The notes under the pieces were generated by a model. It was not told where the DNA came from. It saw nothing but the letters and a program-made list of their open reading frames with translations, and made no database searches. Positions 11,975 to 22,688 of a DNA stretch of 64,000 nt are shown here, piece after piece. Made by a program: the position numbers and the translations under genes. The stretch's first letter is position 1. Every line of letters begins with the position of its first letter. This DNA comes from Eledone cirrhosa. Its lineage: Eukaryota. The stretch spans positions 153,140,001 through 153,204,000 of the forward strand of contig OZ024740.1 in assembly GCA_964016885.1 (NCBI GenBank). Direction: 5' to 3'.

Positions 11975-14900
11975 AGCAACCTGGACTTGGGCAAACCGCA
12001 GCGGATCATCTAGGTCGTACCTAGATAGGTTCTTAGTTAGAAATAAGGATAAGGACTTTTTAAGTTGTCCAAAAATGCGCATGGTTGGCTATTCAGACCA
12101 CAAGTTAGTGACCTGCATGGTCAACCTTGACAGAGCGCATAGACAGAGACCTGGTTACTGGAAGCTCAACTTGTCCTTACCGGCAAGTAAGGCTTACAGG
12201 GAGCGAATTAGCACTTTAGTTAAGAAGCGGTTGACGGGCGCCATCGTCAACAGCAGGTGGTGGGGATCTCTCAAAAGAGAGATTAGAGTAGTCTCTATAG
12301 AATTTAGTAAGGAGTTAGCCTCAAATAGATAGTGTAGAAGAGGCAATTAGAAGCGGCGACGTGGCCAGAGTGCCAGCGTCGAGAACGGCCCTGGGCCAGT
12401 TCTTCGACGCGAAACACGAAGGCTGCATCGTCCGAAGCAAAATACGTGCTCTGGGAAACGAGGGGACCAAAGCTGTTAGCTGAGCCCGCGTGACAGAAGC
12501 CAAAAGAGGTAGTAGATCCACTATCCGGTCTTTGAGAGACCAGGATGGACGGGTGATCCTTGAGCCTAAGCAGATGTGCGAGGCTTTTCAAAAGCACTTT
12601 GCCAGATTGTTCGGAAGGAGCGGGGAGCCGGTTGGGGAAGTGGACTTCGGTCCATACCTCGACGGCTTGCCGCGTCTCTAGGACAGGGAGGCGAAGTCCT
12701 GCGAGGAGCCGATTTCAGCCGCTGAGATAGAGGACGTGCTGAGCCAATGCGGCAAACGCAAATCCCCGGGTCTCGATGGTCTTCCATACGCACTATATCT
12801 AGCTATGCCGGACTAGTTCCCCGATCTCCTCGAGGCGGTCTACTGCAACTGGCAACAGAACGGGAGAATTCCCTGTGCTGTGACCAAGGGTGTAGTCACG
12901 CTAGTGAGGAAGGACGAGAACAAGGGGGACGATGTAAATAATTTCAGGCCCATAACTCTGCTAAATACAGAGTTACAGATTTTGGCCAAGGTGCTAGCAA
13001 AGAGGTTGGTGCTTGTCGTGGGCAACCTGGTGGGAGATGCGCAGACATGTGCTATCCCGTCCAGGTCCATCCACGACAATCTCCACCTCATGCGATACAT
13101 CATAGAGAGGGTTGGGAACGAACCCGGCTTTGGTGGGGCCCTGATCAACTTGGATCAATCTAAGGCGTTCGATAGGGTCGACCATGGTTACCTGGATGCG
13201 GTGCTAGCGGCGGCAGGCTTCGGACCCGTTTTCAGGGGCTGGATCAATGCCATGCACAGCAGCCGCATCTGCTCTAGGGTCAAGGTGAACGGCTACCTCT
13301 CGGAGCCGTTCGAAATCGCGCGGTCCATCCGACAAGGGTGCCCTCTCTCCTCCCTTCTGTATGTAATGACTCTAGAGCCACTGCTGCGGAAGTTGCAGGG
13401 CATCCCGTTGGAACCGGGATTGCGGAAAGCGGTGTCGGCCTACGCCGATGACGTAACAGTAATGGTGTCGATGGCCTCGGAAATCGGGGTGATCGGCACC
13501 TTACTGGAGGAGTACGAAAGGTTTACAGGGGCTAAGCTGAACCGGGACAAGTCGATCGGTCTGCAACTCGGCACGTGGAGGGGCAGATCGATGCCCTCCG
13601 ATGGCGTCGTCGGGCGCTGGGCGGAGGGCCCGGTGAAGTTGCTCAGGGTCTGGTTCGGACCAGACCTCCAGGTGGAGAAGAACTGGGGTGAGGTAACGAA
13701 CAGGGTGTTTGCACTGACCCAGAAGTGGGCCGGGTGCAAACTGTCCCTGAAAGGTCAGGCGGAGGTGGCGAACACTTATATAGCGTCCGTCATCTACTAC
13801 CGCCTGACCGTTGTGCCTTGCCCAAAGGAAACGCTTGCCAAAATGGAGCACGCACTCTTCCAATTCCTTTGGAAGAAGCGGGCTCCTATGGTGAGGAGAT
13901 CCATCTGCTGTCAACACCCTTCGAAACAGGGCTGGGAATGCCGTGGCTAATGATACGTAAACACGCATTAAGGCTACGCCACCTCCAGGTATTCCTCACC
14001 GGTCAACCGGTGTGGGTCCCGTTTGTGAGGCGAGCCTTTCCCAGACTCGTCTCACTCACCGAGCTGCAATCCTGGGTCAAGCAAAGACCGAGAAAACTGG
14101 GCGCCTGGCACACCGAGTGTGCCCAGGCGCTCACGGCTCTCTGGCAGGCGGACCCGGCTATCAGTGGAGAATCCACCTCGTCATTCTATAGAGGGCTGGT
14201 GGTTAGCAGGTGCGACGACGCTCTCGGAGAAGCCCTAGGCATGGAGGAAGATGAACTGGCCAACCTGTTCGGTAGGACATTCAGCCCGAGACTCATGGAT
14301 AACTTCCAGAGGTCCCTGGCCTGGCAGTGCTACCGAGGGGCTCTGCCCGTTCGAGAAAGGCTCTACAGACACGGGAGCCCGGGTAGGGATCCCTCGAAAA
14401 AGATACGTCCCAGATGCGTGTGCGACGAGGAAACCGTTGCACACGCATTGGTACACTGCTCGGGCATAGCCGATCTGTGGGGCTATGTCGAACAACTGCT
14501 GTCAAGGGTGGGACCGATCCGGTTGACCACCGAGTCTATTGTAACGATCAAGCCGCCTCCTCTCTTCAAAAACGAAGGAGAGGCGGTGTTTCTGTGCGTA
14601 ATAGCCATGGCGAAAGAGGTTGTATGGTGGACGCGTCTGAAAGGACTGAGGTCAGACACCTTTCTCTCTGGCCAACAACTGGTCCGTTTCTTCCGATATC
14701 ATTTCGGAAGAAGGATCAGGATGGAGAGAGAGGTGTTGCACCCCAGCCGTTTTTATGAAAGATGAGTGAAAGTGGCGAGAATGGCCCGTGTGAATGGGCC
14801 TTCACTCTACATCAGACTATAGGTGAGGAAGATGAAAGATCAAGGGAGCACCCCCTCTCTGTGCTCCTGAGGAGAAGGGTTGCACACTTTTTTTCGGGGG

Positions 14901-15086
14901 TGTGTGCGACCCCCCAAGGCGCCTCCTCCCTATTGAGGATTTTGTTATAAAATTTATTTTGTTATATTTTATTTTATTTTTATATTTTGTTATTGCCTCC
15001 TCCTTATTGAGGACGCCTTTTCATGTAAACAACCCCCCATTGTACTTGTCCCACTTTTTGATGCCCTGGTGGCAAATAAAAAGAAA
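11975..15086 (+). mobile_element. 5'-truncated Tx1-like (L1 clade) LINE, ORF2 pseudogene plus 3' UTR
   Basis: End of the APE domain (YSDHKLV, PGYWKLN), RT (NFRPITLLN, LDQSKAFDRVDH, IRQGCPLS, AYADD), C-terminal C..C...ETVAHALVHC; several stops and frameshifts; AATAAA at ~15075 followed by (TATC)n. Confidence 0.92.
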
Positions 15087-15098
15087 GTTACCTATCTA

Positions 15099-15175
<77 letters not shown>

Positions 15176-15207
15176 CTATCTCTCTCTCTCTCTATATATA
15201 TATATAT

Positions 15208-15592
15208 AAATAAAATAACAGGAGGCTGGACTGGTCTAAATCCTTGCAAGGTTTATTATACTATGATCATTTCAATGACCGGGTTCAGTAAGAATCCGGT
15301 GACATCAGGTAATTCAAAATATAACGAAGGAATATAACAGATAAAATCCGTGGTGCTGAAAATCAGAGACAGGTGAGCAACCGACAATTTAGCAGCTTCT
15401 ACCTCTGTCGGTTGCCCTCAGGTGTTGATTATTAGGTCTACATATTACCATCTGATGTGGAGGCGAAAGCCTTTAATGTACCATCCCGTCAGATGGAAAT
15501 GTCAGCGATGAGGTCACGCTCAATCATGAAATGATCATAGTATAATAAACCTTTCAAGGATTTACACCAGTCTAGCCTCCTGTTATTTTATA
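15208..15592. mobile_element. Non-coding foldback unit with ~65 bp inverted arms, carrying a hammerhead-like motif (PLE 3'-end type)
   Basis: 15208-15274 is the reverse complement of 15527-15592 with a few mismatches; lies next to (TA)n. Confidence 0.7.
15258..15313 (-). ncRNA. Variant type I hammerhead-like motif
   Basis: TAC-CTGA-TGTC-ACCGG...CCGGT-CATT-GAAA-TGATCA-TA-GTA: stem II hairpin and palindromic stem III ATGATCAT, but the core is not the full CUGANGA. Confidence 0.45.
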
Positions 15593-16190
15593 ATAATTAA
15601 CTCTGTACTCGCACCACCAAGTACACAAACTATTCTGTTCATAACTTCCATGATAATTCATATTTTTTATAGGCATTTTATTGAGATACTATAGATCGGT
15701 AGACACACGTACACGCGCGTGTGTGTGTTTGTGTTAATTGCTTCACCAGCAAATATAGTCTGTTTTCAATTAATTTTGTTAACTTTGATAGTGGCATATT
15801 TTATTGATCGCTTTAAAGAAAAAATAAACTCTATGTTTAGTTCAGCACCCTCGACTCCTTTGTCGATACTTGCCGGCGTACTGTAAATCGGTTCCGATTC
15901 CAGCAGCATTCTCGTCGCTCTAACATCACGCGGACTGAGCTCTTCGCTCTTCGCTCTTCGCAACCTTTGGCATCGCGATGACATTGTCATCAAACACGCT
16001 GACAAGTGTTGCAGCGGGAACGAGAACAAGGATGAGAGCCGTTTTTTTCCATTTCAGGTAGACGTGCTCCATCATCCACTTTTCTAAAAAAATAAATCAC
16101 ATAAAACGAATGGACCTGTTATTTTTATCTAAAGACATTTTTTCCAATTCCAACCCGCCCGTCCCTTAATCTATCTTATTTCTCATTCTT

Positions 16191-16226
16191 TCTTCTAATG
16201 AAGGACTAGCGTCCGAAACGTTAAGA
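16191..16226 (+). ncRNA. Minimal type I hammerhead ribozyme with one core mutation
   Basis: TCTT-CTAATGA-AGGAC TAGC GTCC-GAAA-CG-TT-AAGA; stem III palindrome AACGTT; CUGAUGA changed to CUAAUGA. Confidence 0.65.
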
Positions 16227-16285
16227 CTCTCTTCCTGCTATATCAAGCGTTAACCTAAAATATCCCTTCCATATACTGTACCGAT

Positions 16286-17104
16286 GAGTGAATTAGGACA
16301 ATGGGATTGATGAGTTAATATCTGTATACAACAACTACAACGGTACGCGATGGGGGTCCACCCACAGCCTCGGCAGACAGAATGGAGAAGGCGTTTCCCC
16401 GGAGGACGGCAAGGTAGATGTGCTGGAAATGCCACTCCAACTCGCGGCGCTCGCACCTGCGGCTGACCAGCTCAGCGCCCATGGTGGTGAGTAAGGAGGT
16501 AGCCCTGGGGCCGAGGACACCAGAAGTCTCCACTGCCAGGGGTACGACTGCAAACCTGTCGGAGAGCGACCGGTATTTGAGGAGTTTGGCCCCCTCAGCC
16601 CTACGTGCAGCAGAACCTGGGTCAGTTGCAGACTGAACCAGGTTGCGGCTGCAGAAAGTGTCGGTGCAAGTGGCATCCCAGACGAGGGGTTTGCCACCGC
16701 GGAACGGGAAGATGGTTATGCCATCTGGCCTTTTGCTCTCCCCTCGATCCAGCCCCACCGGCTCGAGCTGGGAAGGGAAGCTGCAGCGTCCAAACGATGC
16801 TTAATGATCTCGTTGAGGGCAGCATAGCGTGGAATGCAGCCGGCACTGTGGCGACAGGAAAGCGGGTGGAGGCCGAAAGAGTCCACGGTGGAACCGCAGC
16901 GACATTCGTGTGGCTGGCAGATCCGGAAGTCGAGCCTCAGGGAACCGCCGATTCGCAGGCTATGGTTGTCTAGCTACGTGCCAGTGGAGAAGGAGGGCAG
17001 GGCATGGAGCCAGGCACCACTGTGGGGTTTGGAGGCCGCACGAAAACAAGCAAGGCGGTGCTGGTCGAGCTGGCGCGTGAGCCTGTCTTAGGCCAAGCAC
17101 TGTC
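16286..17104 (-). mobile_element. CRE-clade non-LTR retrotransposon 3' fragment (zinc knuckle plus restriction-like endonuclease)
   Basis: LDNHSLRIGGSLRL...CQPHECRCGSTVDSFGLHPLSC...ALNEII, frameshift, GLDRGESKRPDGITIFPFRGGKPLVWDATCTDTF...VVPLAVETSGVLG...AVLRGNA; GC-rich. Confidence 0.85.
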
Positions 17105-17189
17105 CCGATTGTGTTGTTATTTCTGTTTACCTTTTACACTCACCCCCCCCCCCCCCCCCCCACACCCACACCCACACACCCACACACAC

Positions 17190-17803
17190 ATATATCTAAA
17201 ACAGAGAATGTCTGTCCGTCTGTCTGACTCCCTAAAACTCGAGAACCACCCAACCGATTGTTTTCAAACTTTACACATATAATACTTATGGTCCTGTGAG
17301 TGGTTTGAGAACCAACAATTTCAAAATTTCAATGCCCCGGGAACCGCATTAGGCGAAAAAGCGATCTCTCTCTCTCTTAGTCTTTCTTTTTAGATCGTTG
17401 CGCCCTTATAATATGTCTGTATGTCTGGCTGTCTGCATTACGACATTATGACGCTATATGTATGTGTGTGTATATATATATATATATATATAGTATGTAT
17501 ATATATATAGTGTGTAACGTTTTTCGAAATATTTACTTCTGCGTTCACAGATTGATTTTTTTAGTTGATTCTTTTAGTTTCAGAAGATCCCGTTAAAGGT
17601 GAGAGCAGCGATTCTTTGCTTAAACTTTAATCTGTTATTTTAATATATATATATAATTATATATTCGTATACAGATATTTTTGCATACAAAATAACAAAA
17701 TATAAACAAACATATTTATTTCACGAGTCTCGATAAGGATAAATATATATCAAATATATAAGAACCCTAGATCAAATCCCGAGCAACGCCGGGCCATTCT
17801 GCT

Positions 17804-17805
<2 letters not shown>
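17190..17805 (+). mobile_element. Non-autonomous Helitron (second family)
   Basis: 5' 'tatatctaaaacagagaatgtctgtc' and 3' 'cccgagcaacgccgggccattctgCTAG|t' at 17778-17805. Confidence 0.75.
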
Positions 17806-17843
<38 letters not shown>

Positions 17844-17964
17844 AATATATATATATGTGTACATACACACGCACATGGTTTGAGGGAGATTTGATGTTAT
17901 TTTTCATAGGTTTTATGCCAAGTATATATATATATATATATATATACGTATATATATGCACACA

Positions 17965-18075
<111 letters not shown>

Positions 18076-18600
18076 GGCATAAAACCTATGAAAATTAACA
18101 TCAAATCTCCCCAAACCATAGATACATTTAATGTGTCAGAAAATGAGAGAAATAACAAAGAAATATACCGTTAATCACATATTCTAGTCTTCATCAAATC
18201 AACTTTAAATTTGCATATTAATTTTAAGATCTGTTATCTACGTACTTTAATAAGTATCTATATAATATTTCATTAAAAAATAGGAATTATCATGAAAATT
18301 ATGAAAAGAATAATTGATGTTACTATTTTAGAAGACTGAGATAAATATGATGGTCAAAGGGAGGTTACTGTGAATCTTTCGACCCTGCTTGTGGACATCT
18401 ATGTGGTTAACAACAATGCTAGAAACGGCAGACAAACATTGAGATTTATATACAACAAAATGCTAAACACAACTGCCAGTTTCCTTCAAATCATACATGT
18501 TATTATATTTTAGAATGATACAAAGAGAAACCAAATCTCTCTTGTTTATTTCAATGTGGAACCAAGAAAAAATATTTCAATATATCATTAAGGAAAGCTC

Positions 18601-18631
<31 letters not shown>

Positions 18632-19004
18632 TATATATATATGTGTGTGTGTGTGTAGTTCAATGAAACGACAAAACAGAGATACAAAAAGCCTTATTAG
18701 TTTCACACTTTATATGGAAATGAGAAAAGAAAGTTCGACATTGTATGAGCAAGACATGGCCACCTTACCTAAAAGCCACTATATTGAGGGTAGCTGCTAA
18801 TCATTGAATGTTGGGATATTAACTCATCAATACCTCTTTTTAATTATGAGGTTTTCATTTATTTCAAGGCTGTCTCTTCTGTATTGAAAACAGCTTATTA
18901 AATGTAAAGGTGAAAGTACTTATTCTGGTCAGATATAAACACACATCTGTACACTCTAAACATATACACACACATTTATACAAAAAAAATACACATAAAT
19001 GTAT

Positions 19005-19057
<53 letters not shown>

Positions 19058-19172
19058 TGTGTGTGTGTATTTCTTCAGCAGGAAATGTAGACTGTTTCCA
19101 ATCAATTTTGTTTACTTTGATAGCGGCATATTTTATTGATTTCTTTAAAGAAAAATTAAACTGTATGTTACA

Positions 19173-19533
<361 letters not shown>

Positions 19534-19723
19534 GACGCTCAGCTTTATAATATTTGAGAATGAAGAGCGACAGAGAGTAAAGCAGTTAAATTATAAAGAG
19601 GGGGCATGATCTATTATAGAGAGAGGAAGAGCGATGGAGAGAGTAAAGCTTAGAAACTATAGGGAGGTGTGTAGGATACATACATACATAATACATACAT
19701 ACGACGCTCAGCTTTATAATATT

Positions 19724-19800
<77 letters not shown>

Positions 19801-19803
<3 letters not shown>

Positions 19804-21182
19804 CAACTAGAAATTGATTAACATATAAATAAACATATGAAACAATCACAGGGGATAATTTTTACAAGTGTGTAAGCACACATAGCTAGGTAGGTAACTA
19901 AATAAAGTTAACTAGAACTTCAAAAATAGATACCTTATAATATGATTAGTCTTCCTGTATATATTCCATTAAAGAAATATATTTCACCAATTAATCGAAT
20001 GGTAAACCACAGAGGCCGATACTTGGATTTTCAACAAGGAAGAAGTCCAGCGATCTGTATTTACGCATTAAGTTCAAATCAGCGACTGGCCAGTAACACG
20101 TGTTGTATCTACTAAAAATACACACATCATACCAGTTTCGTCCCAGTGGCGTGAAGAGGGTTATCGACAACTAGAAACAGCAGTCAAGTCTTTTCAACAG
20201 AGTTAGCTCTACAATTAAGGAGCCGTATTTATATATCTATATCCAAAATTATGATAAATCAAAATTAATTTAATCTAAATCAAAATTATGGGTGTCATGC
20301 CAGAAAGGCATGCGCCATATCACCCGTAAAATAAGCTCCAAGATTCTAATGAATAGGCCCGAGCATTTTATAACAACTAGAAATTGATTAACATATAAAT
20401 AAACATATGAAACAATCGCATGGGATAATTTTTACAAGTGTGTAAGCACACATAGCTAGGTAGGTAACTAAATAAAGTTAACAAGAACTTCAAAAATAGA
20501 TACCTTATAATATGATTAATCTTCCCTGTATATATTCCATTAAAGAAATATATTTCACCAATTAAGCGAATGGTAAACCACGGAGGCCGATACTTGGATT
20601 TTCAACAACGAAGAAGTACAGCGATCTGTGTTTACGCATTAAGTTCAAATCAGCGACTGGCCAGTAACACGTGTTGTATCTACTAATCTGCTGTTTCTAG
20701 TTGTCGATAACCCTATTCACGCCACTGGGACGAAGCTGGTATGATGTGTGTATTTTTAGTAGATACAACACGTGTTACTGACCAGTCGCTGATTTGAACT
20801 TAATGCGTAAACACATATCGCTGGACTTCTTCCTTGTTGAAAATCCAAGTATCGGCCTCCGTGGTTTACCATTCGATTAATTGGTGAAATATATTTCTTT
20901 AATGGAATATATACAGGGAAGATTAATCATATTATAAGGTATCTATTTTTGAAGTTCTAGTTAACTTTATTTAGTTACCTACCTAGCTATGTGTGCTTAC
21001 ACATTTGTAAAAATTATCCCCTGTGATTGTTTCATATGTTTATTTATATGTTAATCAATTTCTAGTTGTTATAAAATGCTCGGACCTATTCATTAGAACC
21101 TTGGAGCTTATTTTACGGGTGATATGGCGCATGCCTTTCTGGCATGACACCCATAATTTTGATTTAGATTAATCTTAATTTT

Positions 21183-21187
<5 letters not shown>
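19801..21187. mobile_element. Non-coding ~570 bp unit in tandem plus inverted arrangement between (TA)n tracts; mirrored at ~29098-30478
   Basis: 'taacaactagaaattgattaac' at 19801 and 20371; inverted copy 20688-21187; hammerhead-like GTGAAGA...GAAACAGCAGTC at 20151-20185. Confidence 0.8.
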
Positions 21188-21266
<79 letters not shown>

Positions 21267-21299
21267 TACATGAATCAAAGTTCTATTCAAATCATTTAT

Positions 21300-21348
21300 T
21301 CGCTTACAATTGTTTCTTCCAAACCGCGGTTTGAAGCCTTCGGAGCAA
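21300..21348 (-). ncRNA. Variant hammerhead-like motif in the PLE 3' end (mirror copy at 28981-29029, + strand)
   Basis: TTGCT-CCGAAGGC-TTCAAACC GC GGTTTGGAA-GAAA-CAATTG-TA-AGCGA; stem I TTGCT/AGCGA, palindromic stem III ACAATTGT, non-canonical core. Confidence 0.55.
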
Positions 21349-22688
21349 TTTTTCAATGATTGTTTACATACATGACCTCCTTTTCAACACAAGAGACATA
21401 CAGAAACATATGTATATATTGATGCACAGTGGGTTGACATCCATTATAATATTTAAGCATGGCAGTTTACATTCAAAGATTAAAGTCATATTAAAAGAAA
21501 ATTACAACAAAATTAAAGTTATAATACAACATTGGCAGTTTACGAAGAAGATGCAGGAGGATAGTTAGAAGAAGTTAGTTACACGTGGGGCATGCACGTG
21601 TGTCCTATTTATATAAGAATATAGTGCGGTAAGGTGTTATATGGAATATAAGCACTTTAAGCGGGCAACGAAGAGTATTATGGGGGTTGTATAGTATTTT
21701 ATATGTATGATATAGAAGCTTGTGTGCAGAGAAATATTTAAGAATGAGAAGTAAAACAGTGTTATGGTTTTTCGTATACACCACCATTTTCACAATCCAG
21801 GAAACGTAATATATAGATTATATGTCCTTCACATAATCTACGATGATTCAATATTGGATGCTTGATGAATTAGGTTGGAATATTACAGATTGTTGTTCTT
21901 TAATCCAATATTATAGAGCAGGTTGTTTTTGTTGCGAGGCTTAACATCGTATTATTTTCCGGAAGTGTGTGTGTGATTAAGGGGAGTTAATGCGTGAGGG
22001 GAGGTAACTAGCTGATTTCTATAACTAAAATGTATTATCCTAATGTACAATAAATGGTGTCACACATGAGTCCCTATCATATAGGTTATAAACAGTTTCA
22101 AAATATAAGTATCCTATCATTAAATTACAGTCTAGTCTATTAAGAAGTACTAAAGGTGTTCATATTAGGACGATTACCCTCTATCATAGAGTGCCACAAC
22201 TGAATATTCTACATGAAGAGTCAGATCCTCAAATCAATGATCTTTGTAAGTGTAGTCTACCCGCAGAACCTGGCAGGGTTTTATTATAATCACTTCTATA
22301 TATAACTCCCGGTAAGCTCTGGGTCAGTGCATGTCTGATTGCATGGCAAAGTTAAATATCACTAGGGTAGACCAGAGATCAATTCTCACTCACAATGTCA
22401 CCAATCCGACCATCAAGTCATATATGTATGTACAACTCATATATCACTTGTACATAATTCATTGTACCCAGCATATAGGTTATATAGTTCTTTTATGTTA
22501 ATCAATTATCCAATGATGGCACTCTATATACAGAACAACATTAGCACAACCCATTCAGTGTTTAAAGTTTACATTAATTATATAGTGGTGTAATGTAGTC
22601 TAAGTAATTGAAGGCAATTATACCAAAAGCAGATGTACATGGGGATATCACTAGGGTAAAAGGTTCTAGAAGGAAGTCACTATTTGTG

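Larger units (their letters stand above)
15838..17135 (+). mobile_element. Internally deleted Penelope-like element (N-terminal RT scrap plus 3' pLTR), interrupted by a CRE fragment
   Basis: FSTLDSFVDTCRR...SNITRTELFAL...NLWHRDDIVIKHADK (IVIKPADKG-like motif); 16112-16285 plus 17105-17133 match the uninterrupted copy at 34878-35080. Confidence 0.7.
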
